Shown here in pieces: positions 52,482-64,000 of a stretch of 64,000 nucleotides of DNA. The position numbers and the translations under genes were made by a program. This DNA comes from Callorhinchus milii (taxonomy: Eukaryota), in contig NW_024704743.1 of the NCBI RefSeq assembly GCF_018977255.1, positions 101,434,001-101,498,000 on the forward strand, given 5' to 3'. Below the pieces are notes generated by a model that made no database searches, had not been told where the DNA came from, and saw only the letters and a list, made by a program, of their open reading frames with translations. Each line of letters opens with the position of its first letter. Positions within the stretch are counted from its first letter, which is position 1.

Positions 52482-53644
52482 CATATGATAATATTACATG
52501 TCACATGCTTACCCCTCTCCCCCCCATCCCTGGTGCCCAATACTCTTATAATGTCATATTGAACTTTTAAATATAGTACAAATCAATCTGCCTACAAAGG
52601 ACCATTTAGCACTTGAGGTTTTATTAACGGTCTGGTAAGCTAGGCTCCAGAAACAGACTCATCCGTGGTTATCATTGACTTTGTTCAGTCAGTTCTATAT
52701 TAACAGGGCCCCATATGAGTCCTCTTTTGATAACATAATGAACTGCCCAGCAATTCAGAATCACATTCACTGACGTTTTGATGGTAACAAGGTTCAGATG
52801 CTGTGACTGGAAGTGGAGAGGGTAATTTGGTTCATCTCAGCAAACCACCTTCAGACCTGAAAGAGCCTCCACAGAAGTCTACTGCTGCCCCAGACAGGCA
52901 GATTGAGTCAGGAAAATGAAGTGAAGAGCAGATAGCTGGTCGTAAATCAGAAGTCAAAGAGAGCAGCAACTGTTGGCTAGTGGATGATAGGGTGAGAGCA
53001 GGCTTCGACCAAGACACTTTCAACTCCTGAGAGACTTCCAATGCAAGGATCTCAAATCATCTTCTCTGTTCCTTAAACCCCACTGATAAGACTATCTGTA
53101 GTTTTATGTCTTAATGTGCTGCCTTGGCTTGAGCAGTTAATTATCATCACTGAATAACATTGAGAAATGAGGCTGCTTTCACCTCTGTTTTTGACCTCAG
53201 CCTTGCTCTCTGTTTTTTTTAAAAAAGAACTAGATTGAAGCGCTCGCTGTTGATATTCAGCACTGGCCTTGGGGAAGTCATTTTTAAGCGAGTTGAAAAA
53301 CTGAAAAAAACCCTGCAGTAAATCCTGTTTTTTTAAAATCATTCTGAAAACCTCTAAGGTTTTAATGCTGCAAAAACAGTTTTAAAAATGCACCAGGAAA
53401 GGATCAAACACATAAAAAGAAGTTTTAATGTTTCTCTGACAATTACCAAAAAAAACCCTGATGAAATACACTCAGAGACCATCTCAGTTTACTGATCTTG
53501 GCTGAACTAATCTTGTTCTATCCTGTCCTGAACATAAGCCAGTCGAATTTAAAATGAAATGTCTGGTTCAGTCAAATAAAAAACAAACAGCGTTGGAAGC
53601 TATAAGGGTAAAAAATGCAAAGTTTCATAACAGATCCTATAAAT

Positions 53645-54062
53645 AAATAATCCTTTCATTTGATGCAGTGCCTTTCATGTCAGGAGGAAGCATCAAAGCG
53701 CTTTACAGGATTAACTGTAAAGTGCAGTGATTGTGCATTTTGTAGACAAATACAGCAGCAAATATGCAAAAATCATACAGCCAAGAAGTGAATTGGTACT
53801 TCTTGGCTGTTTGATTCTTTTCATCCTCTGGACATGAAATGCAATATAAATGTATATATAAGTGCAATTTGTTGTTATTTGTTGCTGTGAGTGACCAATT
53901 TTAGTTGTGGGATTGTTGGCCAAGAGACCGGGAGAAGCTCCCTTCCCTTTTCAAATTGTACCACGGGATCTTTAACGTCTACTTAAAAAGTCAAATCGGA
54001 GATCGGTTTAAAATCTCACCTTAACAACAGCCCTCCAACAATGCAGCACACCAGTCCAGACT
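53645..54062 (-). mobile_element. SINE family B, diverged, interrupted by an L2-like tip
   Basis: Tail at 53645, core to ~54060, (TTG)-ended insert near 53825-53885. Confidence 0.6.
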
Positions 54063-55892
54063 CTGTGAGTTCAAATGCAGTATAACATCTCAGAATGCTT
54101 CACAAAGTGGGGTGGGGGGGAGGAGGGAGGTGATCATAGGTGCAGTCGAAGAGGTAGTTTTTTAGATGGGAGTTAATGATGGATAGATAGAGAGTGGGTG
54201 AGATGGAGGTGAGGTGTAGAGGTTAGGGATATGTGTAGCTGAATTTAAAAACTCATTAAAGACTGTTCACTTTCTCCAATGGCCTAGTGAGTAAAGGCAC
54301 CAGTTGCAACAGACCAGGAAGTTGCAGGTTAGACTGCCTGCCTTGAGTTAGCTGCAATGTGCCAAGGCCACATTTGGTTTCAGAGCCCATGGATTTGAAA
54401 GGAGGAAATCAGTCTGGGCTCTCACTCTTGAGGTGTGCACTTTGCCCACAATCTTAAACCTTGTGTTTGTGCAGAAACTTCTTAATTTAGAAGCTGATTT
54501 TCCATAGTTGTTTTTTCTTAAAAAAAACAGAACAAAACAGTTATATTGAATCTAATGCCCTTTTTCAATCTCCACAGTGAATTCCAGTAATTCTCCTTTG
54601 AAATTGTAAATCATGTGTGTTGTTTACTTGCAATTATCACATGCTATGTGTGACTATTGGACATTGTAGAACCAAGGAACTGTTGTGCACAAGGAATCTA
54701 TTCAGCCTTTAGCTGTCAGAAATCATTCTACTTTATTTGCAGGAAAAACCTCACCATCTAAACCTTATTTTTAACCACCTAATTACTTTACATCTTATCT
54801 GCCCAGGGGAACTGCTCACTAGTACAAAGGCTTCTTTAGCTCAGACAGAGGGAGTCACAAATCCCGTGACAACTATCAATGCTGCTCCACCATTAGCTAA
54901 AGGGAGGGTTGATTACAATTACGCCAGCAAAGATGGAGCTAGCCACCATAGGGAGATCATTCATATAACAGCCAATCCCATTTGGTTTTAATAGCATTGG
55001 ATAAATTCAAGGAAGGAGGGATCCACGGAATGTAATGCAAAAATTATGATAATGCTTGTATTTGATAGAGCGCCTTAATACTTTGTCAAAACATACATGT
55101 ATGTGCCTACGCTTGTGTGTGTGTCTGTCTGTGTGTTTGTGTATGTAGGTCTGTGTGTGCTCATTTATGTGTAATATAACTTGTTTTTTAACCCCCATCC
55201 CAAGCAATTTTCTTTACTACAAATAAAATAGCTTTATAAATCTACACATCGTAGAGGCTTAAATCCCAGCCTTATCATTCCTACTCTTCTCTCAATTTTC
55301 CCCAAAGTATCGAACCCTTGCTGTTTTATTAAGAAACAAGGTGCAAGGTTAGGGCGCCTCGGACTGACATGAATAACACAAAAAGGACTAGGAAATGTTG
55401 TCTCAGCATTAACCTCCGTAAGGATATAATAGCTTGATTTAACTTCTGATCCAATATCCTCAAGATACCAAGTAGCAAGCTCAGAGGAGAGCCATCCTGA
55501 CCAAAGTGAAGGGCTAAGGTCCAATAGTATAAGGCATCACCTAGGTTGAAAACAGGATGAGATAAATCAGGAAGTCGTGGTTAGACGGCGCCAAGCTTGG
55601 CTTTCGAAAGCCTGTATATTGCTGGAGGAAGGGAAGACCAAGTGATATAAAACATTCATTCTTGAGGCCCTGGGAAAGAATGGGTTGTGAGAGATAGTTC
55701 AAGACATTTGGGTTTCAACAGAGTGAGGATTATAGCGAAGAAGCTCTATCTTTTTTATGCTTAGGAATGCTATATGATGCAGATGTAGAATAAATAAAAT
55801 AAAAATAAAGAGTTTCACCTAAAAAATAAGACTTAATGAAACCAATTAAAATAGCTGATGGAATTCTTATTTTATTCTCTTATTCTTATTCT

Positions 55893-56560
55893 TGCCTCGC
55901 AAGCGAAAGACCTGGGTTTGATTCCAGGCAGAGGGAAGCATTGGGCAGGTTTCCTTCACATGCCACTGTTTACCTAGCAGTAAGTGGGAACTCGGTTATT
56001 AGTCAATTGGCGGATGGCTTATTCTGGGATGATAATTCCTTCCTTCAAAAAAGAATAATAAATTGGTACTCAATCCTCGACTGTTTGTGGGACATTGCTG
56101 TGCACAATTGGCTGTGGCGTTTCTCCCACAAAATATACAGTCAATTAACTTTATGATATATTCTGTGAAGCGCTTTGAGATATCTCAAAGACATGGTAAG
56201 GCGTTATATCCGATGGAGTCCTGTAGCTCAGTTGTTAGAGCACTCGCCTTGCAAGCGAGAGACCTGGGTTCGATTCCCTTTAGAGCGAAACCCTGGGCAA
56301 GTTTCCTTACTCCACACAGATGATAATAATCCCTCAAGGAAAAAAAACAATAAGAAATTGGTCACTTCAATCCACGACTGTTTGTGGGTCATTGCTGTGC
56401 GCAATTGGCTGTCGTGTTTTGCCCATAAATATACAGTCAATTCACTTTACAGTATATTCTGAGACGTCTGAAAAACGTGAAAACGCTAGATCGAATGCGA
56501 GGATTATTATTATATTATTTATTATTATATCAAATACAAGGATTATTATTTATTATTATT
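55893..56560 (+). mobile_element. Nested pair of family A SINEs (second copy 56215-56524 inserted in the tail of the first)
   Basis: First tail breaks at GCGTTATATC and resumes TTATATCAAATACAAGGATT. TSD TTATATC at 56204-56210 and 56525-56531. Confidence 0.88.
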
Positions 56561-58143
56561 CTCATATTCTCATGTTTCTCTGATGCCCTCTTTCCAGACG
56601 TTGAGCAGCTGAGAAGTAACATCTGCCCTTAAAGAAACAAGCAATTTCAACCTCAGGTGCTGTGAGCTCTCTTTCATTTCTAATGTCAGTTTTTGCAATA
56701 ATCTGGATTACAGACTATTGTTAAAGCTTTCCGCAGCCTTTCGAGAGAACTGTCAGAAAAGACTACAGCATGGAAGATGTGAGGCAATAACTACAAATAA
56801 TCCTTGTATTAAATATATCACCTGTAATGCCAAAACTTTGTGGAGAGTTTCACAGGTAATTGATGTTGAGTGCAATGACTAGAGTATTTTTAGACAAAAA
56901 CAGCAGGTAATTTGCCCACAGCAAGGTCCTGACAAAAAAGCCATGAAGTGAGTGACTACATTATCTAGAGAACTGTTGACCAGGATACCAGAATAGTATC
57001 AAGGAATATTTAATTCCAACTAGATGTAGCAAACAAAACCTGGATTTGACATCAGATCCAGAAAGACAGCACCTCCAGCAAGGTAGTGCTCACTCAGCAT
57101 TGCAGTGGAAAGGGTACAGAATTCAACAAAGCATTCGGGATGAGGTTCTGTGCCCCAAGCCTGACTGTTACCAGTTGATGAATTAAGAAATAAATGCTTC
57201 CTGGTTTCTTTATTGGTATGTTTCCTCTACAGACACGTTAATGGATATTTCTTCCTTCCTGCTCAAGGTTTTGTGTTCTCTGCAAAACACAATACAGTTC
57301 GTAACCACAAAAAGAAAAAAAAGTGCTTATTTAAACCTGCTGCTCGTACTGTGTGACTTCCAGAAAACCATTACAGAACAGCCTCTGAGACGCAATAGAG
57401 AGTTAGCAGAAACCTATAATTATAAACTCCTCTACAAAAGGAGAGTAGAAAATGCACTTGAGTTCAACTCTTTTTTTCTGAAAATTGAAAGTTTTTTTTA
57501 TAACGATGTAAACAAGACCAAAAACCATTATTTTGTTCAATATTCTTTCCTTTGGATCCGACATTAAACCGAGGCCCTGTCTGCCTGTTCAGGTGGGTTA
57601 AATATCCCATGGCACTTTTCAAAAAGAAAAAGGAGTTTCTCCCAGTGTTCTTGCAGTGCTCAGAGATGCTATTCCCGCTTGAAGGGCACAATATAAATGT
57701 AGGTTGTTATGGCCAACCATCCCCCAGATAAAATTGATCAGTCATGTCATGACTGGTTTCGTGAAGCCGATGTTACACTACTATCTAAATATAAATTGTT
57801 TTGTGTTGTATTTCTGCACTAATTGGGAGCCTTATTTGCATACAAAATATATCATCACTACACTTTAAAGTAAATCCCATGCAATGCTTTGAGACATCCT
57901 CCTATCGTGAAAAACATTGTATCAAAGATTATTATTGAATAATATTACTGTGCATAGTTAATATCATCCATCAAGGAAAAACAAAATCAGTAAACTGGAA
58001 TTGAACCACATGCCATCCTTTCGGACCTTCCCCAACAGAACAGCAGAACCTTTTTGTGTAATGTGGTGGAAATTTCAGTCAATAATTATCAACTGTTTTC
58101 AGGCCTGAATGTCGCCATGATGGCTTGCTCTGTAGGAACTTTT

Positions 58144-58478
58144 AAGAACGTAAGAACACAAAAATTTGCTAGGCGAAAGACCAAGGTCTATCTAGTTCAT
58201 CTTCCACCATCCAACGCCTTGGGATGTCCTCCCAACATGAAAGGCACTATACAAGTGTAATTTTTTATTGTATCCTGGCAGTCACTAGACATGTCAGAAA
58301 CTATATCCTGTATCCCGAGATATTATTTTCTAGTAGAAATCTATCTAATTTGTTCTTGAAACAAACAACAGTTTCTGCTTCCACTGTCTCCCTAGGGAGC
58401 CTGTTCCATAGGTTTACTACTCACTCATTGAAGTAGTGTTTCTGCATATTTGTTCTGAATTTACCCCCCTTTCAATCT
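58144..58478 (-). mobile_element. CR1 3' fragment (same subfamily as 6165) with a 59-bp L2 tip inserted at 58213-58271
   Basis: Matches the reverse complement of 6400-6649. The insert is flanked by ATCC at 58209-58212 and 58272-58275. Confidence 0.82.
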
Positions 58479-58599
58479 TGAAAATTGTTCAGTCACAGAG
58501 CAAAACGGGAAGAAAAATTATAAATTTTTCAAAGGCTGCATCTGAAACTACAGTCTCTTGATAGGATCCTGATCAAGTTAAGCTGATGCCCCATTTTCT

Positions 58600-59280
58600 G
58601 ATGCTCAATAAAGGTCATGCTCCACAATCAGGAGCAGCAAGAAATCTGCGTCCAACTGCTAAAGCTACAATATAAATTTTTACGTTGCCTTTTACATTGG
58701 GAGACATCAACAACAACAATAACAACAGAATTACATTTGTGAAGCGCCTTTCACGTTGGGAGGACGTCCCAAGGCGCTGGTCAACAATAATGGCTTGGCA
58801 GCAGAAGCTGAGCGATTGTTGCAAAACCAGCATTTGAAGGACACGATCCAGAAATCCAACCCATCTTTTCCAACATCATCATTGATGACAGTGTTGGGAT
58901 GAGTGGGAGGTGGGGGTTGCTCCACTTCCAGGCAATTTGATATGATAAAGCTAACCTGGATCACAAACTTAACCCAATTGTTTCTAATTGGCCATGTTAC
59001 AATAGCAAGAGAGTTTTGATTTGTTCATGACCGTTGCAGTTGTGTGATGAACGTTGGGCCTGTTGATAACCTGTGTACCTGTGAGTTGACAGGAAGGAAG
59101 AACGTCAGGGTGGTGCTCATTGTATGTACGCTGCATGCCCTTGTGGCCAGGAACAAGAAGAGTTGCTTGTTCAGAAACGTAGGGAGGAGAACTCGCACTG
59201 TGGGAAAACACTGGATTCTGCACTACTTTCCGAGATTGCAAAATCCGACCTGCCAAACTATCACAGAAGATTGATGTGAG
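58600..59280 (+). pseudogene. Degenerate piggyBac-type transposase fossil, internally deleted, interrupted by an L2 tip (58708-58780)
   Basis: From 58848: PEIQPIFSNII..LLHFQAI*YDKANLDHKLNPI..YNSKRVLI resembles the piggyBac P.F...M.R.RF..LHF.DN..D...K.RP motif. A possible Cys-rich C-terminal remnant follows. Confidence 0.5.
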
Positions 59281-59539
59281 AGAAAATAAATGAGACGTAA
59301 TGTGAGCCTGTGTGATCGCGTTGTTTTTTGTATTTTTTGTTCTGCTTCAAATTGTTTAAAAAGTCACATATGATCTCGATGAAAATGACCTCTTTTCACC
59401 TTTTTGGACTGTAATTTGCATTGTTTTTGGTTGCAGTTTCATTATCTCAGCTTGATATTAAACTGTTGTAAAATACAAAGAGGTGAAAAATGTAGTATGT
59501 GACATTTATCACTGATAATCATCAACATATTGCTATCCC

Positions 59540-60004
59540 AGGCTGTCCGTCCTCCCCCACATCCGGTCCCTGACCAGGACTGCCATCCTCCACCTCCGCC
59601 ACATTGCCCGCCTCTGACTATACCTTACCCCAAATGCAGCCAAAACCCTCCTGCATGCGTTTGTCACCTAGTGCCTGGATTATTCAAACGCACTCCTCGC
59701 TGGTCTCCCCAGCTCCATTCTTCCTTACTGGCACCAGCCTCGTACTTGTCCCTCATGCCCTCCTCTCCACCATTTGAGGTCGCGCTTTCAGCCACTACGC
59801 CCCAAAACTGTGGAACACTCTCTCTCATTCCCTCCGCCTTGCCTCCTCTCTTCCCTTTCTCAAGTCCGACCTGAAAACCTTCCTTTTCGATCGTGCTTAT
59901 GGTCACCTCTGTCCCCCGGCTCAGAGTCAGGCTCTGCCACTGTTAAGCGTTCTGATACGCTACCTTGCATGGAGGGCACTATATAAGTGCAAGTTGTTGT
60001 TGTT
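59540..60004 (+). mobile_element. L2 3' fragment (subfamily B), internally deleted
   Basis: PHI..HLRHIARL..HAFVT..LDYSNALLAGLP joined to AFSHYAPKLWNTL, then subfamily B tail. Confidence 0.85.
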
Positions 60005-61113
60005 GGAGTAATTTGGCTGCTACAATTGGAACCAGTGTCGCTTGAGCTAGGGATGGGAAATCAGTCAGTCACTGATCACTGTGAATTGTGTCTACTGTAA
60101 GGCACACAAGTGTGAACATTGGGTAAGCAGAGGATCAAAATCAAAGTGATTTCCCCACACCCCCTCCATTGTAAATCATTATAAATTTTGATGTTTCTAT
60201 AATTTATCTCAATGAGCAAAAATTTCACCCAAACAGTTTTAAAAAATGGTGGAGTTGAAATGATTTGTACAGGAATAATCATATTTTGGTTTGATTACTC
60301 AAGTCTCAAAAAGTACTTGAGCTGTTCTCTTACAGCTGATGATGTCATTTGAACCTCCCACTCCACTCACCCATCATTTTCTATTGCAGTCAAAATTGCT
60401 CAAAACTTACTCACACTGAACAGGCCTGACCTTTACCTTGATATTCAGACTACATTCATACTTGCGTGAAAGTGGAATGCGAAGAGGTTACTTCTGCAGC
60501 TCACGTCCTGTCAAGGACCAAGCCCCGTTAACCTATCACACCCACCCTTCACACCTAACTTTTCTTCCCTCATGGTATTTTGTCAACCTGGAGCTTTGTG
60601 CATGCCTGGTATAGCTGGGTGCCTTTTTTTTCCATATGCATGAAAGTTAAAATCATCCTTTAGTTAGCAAAATTGAAATCATTGTAAACCAGATTAATTT
60701 TTGTTTACTTTGTGGAGGCAATGACCCACATTTAGAAGGAAAAAGGGAGAGGGGTTTGAGAAGTGTGATACAATAATTGTGCAGTGAAGATAGCTAATTC
60801 CAAAATTCCAAGCTAAAACTAATGATAATTATCAGTTATCACATTTTTCATCCCATAGTTCTAGAAATGATCAATAAGGAATGCAATTTTATTGGTTGGA
60901 GATGCTCTCCAGCTTGTGAATGACTCACATTATATTGGGGCAAGACTGCAACTGAACTTCTCAAATGGAATTTCAATGTCTAAACTGTCGCATTACTAGT
61001 GCATGACTTGTGCAAGGTCAGGCTTCGATTTCTGCAAAATAGACACATGTCAGGAGAGCTCCCTACACACGGGAGCATGCAGAAGAAACTGTTGCAATGT
61101 GTTGGAAAGTTAT

Positions 61114-61905
61114 TGGGACACTGCCATGTGCAATTGGCTGCCGTATTTGGCCCACAAAATATACAGTCAATTCACTTTACAGTATATTCTGTGAAGCGCT
61201 TTGAGACATCTCGAAGATGTGATAAGGCGCTATATCAAATGCAAGAATTATTATTATTAATGAGAGATTACCACAAACATGCACTTAATTTCACTGATAA
61301 ATCAGCTTTATTCATATCAAACCCCCCCAAAAATGGATGAGAAAGGCATTGGAAAGTATTTTCATGAATGAGTTTGAGTGCAAAACTTGTGCCATTGTAT
61401 GAAGAACACTATTGATGTGTACATAGGTCATTTGAGCAACTGGTGCAATACACAGCAGCCTTGGATTAATCATGCTCAATAACGCATTACCTTGCAAGTT
61501 GTTTCCATAGTAAGGTTTTCAACTGCTGAGTGGTTGAAATTACACTGAATTGTGGAAAACTAGAACTCCCAGCAAGGTCACGGGAAGTAAAATCTTATTT
61601 TCAATGTTACAATTTTATTGATTCAGCAGTAATTTCAACTGGCAAAAGTTCATGAAAATACTTTCCAGTGCCTTTCTCATCCATTTTTGGGGGGTTTGAG
61701 ATGAATAAAGCTGATTTATCAATGAAATTAAGTGCATGTTTGTGGTAATCTCTCATTAATAATAATAATAATTCTTGCCTTTGATATAGCGCCTTATCAC
61801 ATCTTCGAGACGTCTCAAAGCGATTCACAGAATATACTGTAAAGTGAATTGACTGTATATTTTGTGGGCCAAATACGGCAGCCAATTGCACATGGCAGTG
61901 TCCCA
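61114..61905. repeat. Inverted duplication: arms 61114-61368 and 61649-61905, 280-bp spacer
   Basis: By manual alignment the arms differ by 6 substitutions and 2 short indels. Each arm is a SINE A 3' half plus ~110 bp of unique flank. Confidence 0.95.
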
Positions 61906-62971
61906 CAAAACAGTCATGGATTTTAAGTGACCAATTTATTATTATCATAATCAGGTAATCATGACCTATTCAACACAATGAAAAACTACAATGGTGAAAG
62001 CTTTTGTCGATTTTAGTGGCAAAAAGAATGGTTATGTTTGGTGGTATCTAAGGTACATTTTTACTGAAGGTTTAGGACCACAACAAATAGAATCTATCGA
62101 CAACATAGAATTTCTGGAGCCTGTTTGCAGAAAATTATATTCCTCGCACGTCCAAACCACCAATACAAAGAAATCTTTGTGATCTCTGTCACCCAAACAG
62201 CAGTAGCAGAGCTCAGGTGATGCTCTATAAAATCTGATAGTTTTGATCCTGTCTTTGCTCGCAATTCTGCTGTGTTACATTCATTGCACTTATTCTGAAC
62301 TTTGTACAAATAAAGTTACAGAGGTCAGAGTCCTTCAACAAATAGCAAATTTGTCCAATTGCTTTCTACTAGCCTGACAAAAATTATTGATTAAAACAGT
62401 GTATTTTACTTATGATGTTTTATTTTATTGCAATACAAATTCTATTTAATTTTAAAATAATGCATCTCAGAGTGTTCAAATGACCTCTCTCGTTACAGAT
62501 GAAACTATAAAAAAAAGTACAGGAATGGGTTAGACATTTCCAGGAAATTTTCTTCAGGAAATATAACAACCTTGAATACTTACATTTTCCTAGTGGAGAG
62601 CAAGAGATTGGTAAACAATTACATCATAGGGAGCACAGATTATCTAACTCATCTGAGTCCCACAATTCCACCTAGACTTAGTTTTTAGGTCATACAAGGC
62701 TTAGCTGGTCTTAAATTTTACGATTGTGCAGAATTGGGAATAATTCTTGAATTTAATCATAAATTGGAAGTCGTTTTTTGGTAGTCCCTTAAAAACTGAG
62801 CATCTTTTTAACTATTAGGCTGAATTTAAGAATTTTCTACAATTCATGCTGTGTTTGTAAATTTTAAGACAAAATTGCCTACAGGCTAAGATTGGTCAGG
62901 TCAGTCTGGCTGACCGATATGAATCTTTAATTTTAACAATGATGTCATTAGTGCATTCATGAATGCACATT

Positions 62972-63715
62972 CCACCTCACCAAACCAGTCTGGAACCTAG
63001 GCATCTTGTTTGACCCTCAACTGTCCTTTCTCCCCCACATCTGTGCCATGACCCTCTCTGCCTTCCCCCACCTCTCCAATATTGCCCGCTCTACCACTGC
63101 CTCACCCCTCAGGTCGCCAAAACCCTCATTCACGCATTCATCATATCTAGGCTCGACTACACCAACTCCCTGCTTGTCAGCTTCCCCAACTCTTCGCTCC
63201 CCAAATTGCAGATCATCCAGAACTCTGCAGCTCGTGAACAGGCTCCATGACCCCATCACCCCCACCATCACCCAGCTCCACCGGCTCCCCATCCTTCAGA
63301 GGGCAGAGTTCAAAATCTCGTCTTCACCTTCAAGGCCCTCCATGGCCTTGCCCCTTCCAACTCTGTGACCTCCTAACCCCTCATCAACCCATCGCTCAGC
63401 AGGCTCTGGCCTGCTCCACCTCCCCCGCCCCACCATTGGCGGTCGGGCCTTCAGCGTTTCTGCCCCCACCCATTGGAACTTCATCCCTCATTCCTTTTAT
63501 CTCACTCCCTCCCTTGCCTCCTTCAAGGTACGTCTCAAGACCCTCCTCTTCAGCCATGCCTTCGGCCACCCTCCTATCCTCCCTGCCCTCCACTCTGCCT
63601 TATCCCAACCCGCCAATGCCCATCCCTCTTTCGGATCCAAATCCCTGACTGCCCAGCACCTTGGGACGTCTTCCCGACGTGAAAGGCACTATACAAATAT
63701 AATTTTGCATTGTAT
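62972..63715 (+). mobile_element. L2 LINE 3' fragment, diverged
   Basis: PVWNLGILFDPQLSFLPHI..SRLDY..EFKI..; L2 stem-loop TTGGGACGTCTTCCCGACGTGAAAGGC. Confidence 0.88.
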
Positions 63716-64000
63716 TAGTAAGACAGGAGCAGGTTCATTAACATTATTGTATTTATGGGTCTTACGATTTGGTATTGCAGCTGTTGCCAAGATACCTTGA
63801 TCCACAATGAATGACAACACTGACGATATTTTTATCGTGCTATATGGTTATATCATGTTGAAATATCTCAAAGGAATTCACAACTAACTAATGCCAAGTG
63901 CAGGGACTGTTTTTATAGCTAATTGTCACAACCATTTGGATCAACAAACAACCATAAGGTGAGTGACCAATTAATCTGAAGAATTATTGAAAAGGACACC

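Noticed and set aside
55234..55740. 96-aa minus ORF and flanking unique sequence as an exon or LINE fossil
   Set aside because: No recognisable motif and no convincing splice-site pair.

Overview
AT-rich vertebrate genomic DNA that looks intronic or intergenic. The repeat content suggests a cartilaginous fish, possibly a holocephalan (inference): young L2 LINEs, CR1 LINEs, tRNA-derived SINEs with Deu-like cores and L2 tails, and a Penelope element. I see no intact host protein-coding gene, genuine tRNA, rRNA or CRISPR array. Nearly all listed ORFs are transposon fragments or chance frames. I can support: SINEs of two families, L2 and CR1 3' fragments (several with target-site duplications, TSDs, and nested insertions), a 5'-truncated Penelope element with a 13-bp TSD and a degenerate minimal hammerhead ribozyme, and a poly(A)-tailed repeat family I cannot classify (5 copies, one with its 3' end duplicated in inverted orientation). 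Weaker calls are piggyBac, Helitron and ancient LINE fossils. The most unusual structures are local DNA-copying events: a ~255-bp near-perfect inverted duplication, a patchwork retro-insertion carrying neighbouring DNA, a 17-nt templated insertion with an 18-bp duplication, and an 83-nt hairpin. There is also one candidate 26-nt microexon. I cannot confirm a new biological system; the findings are leads. Boundaries of old repeats are approximate.
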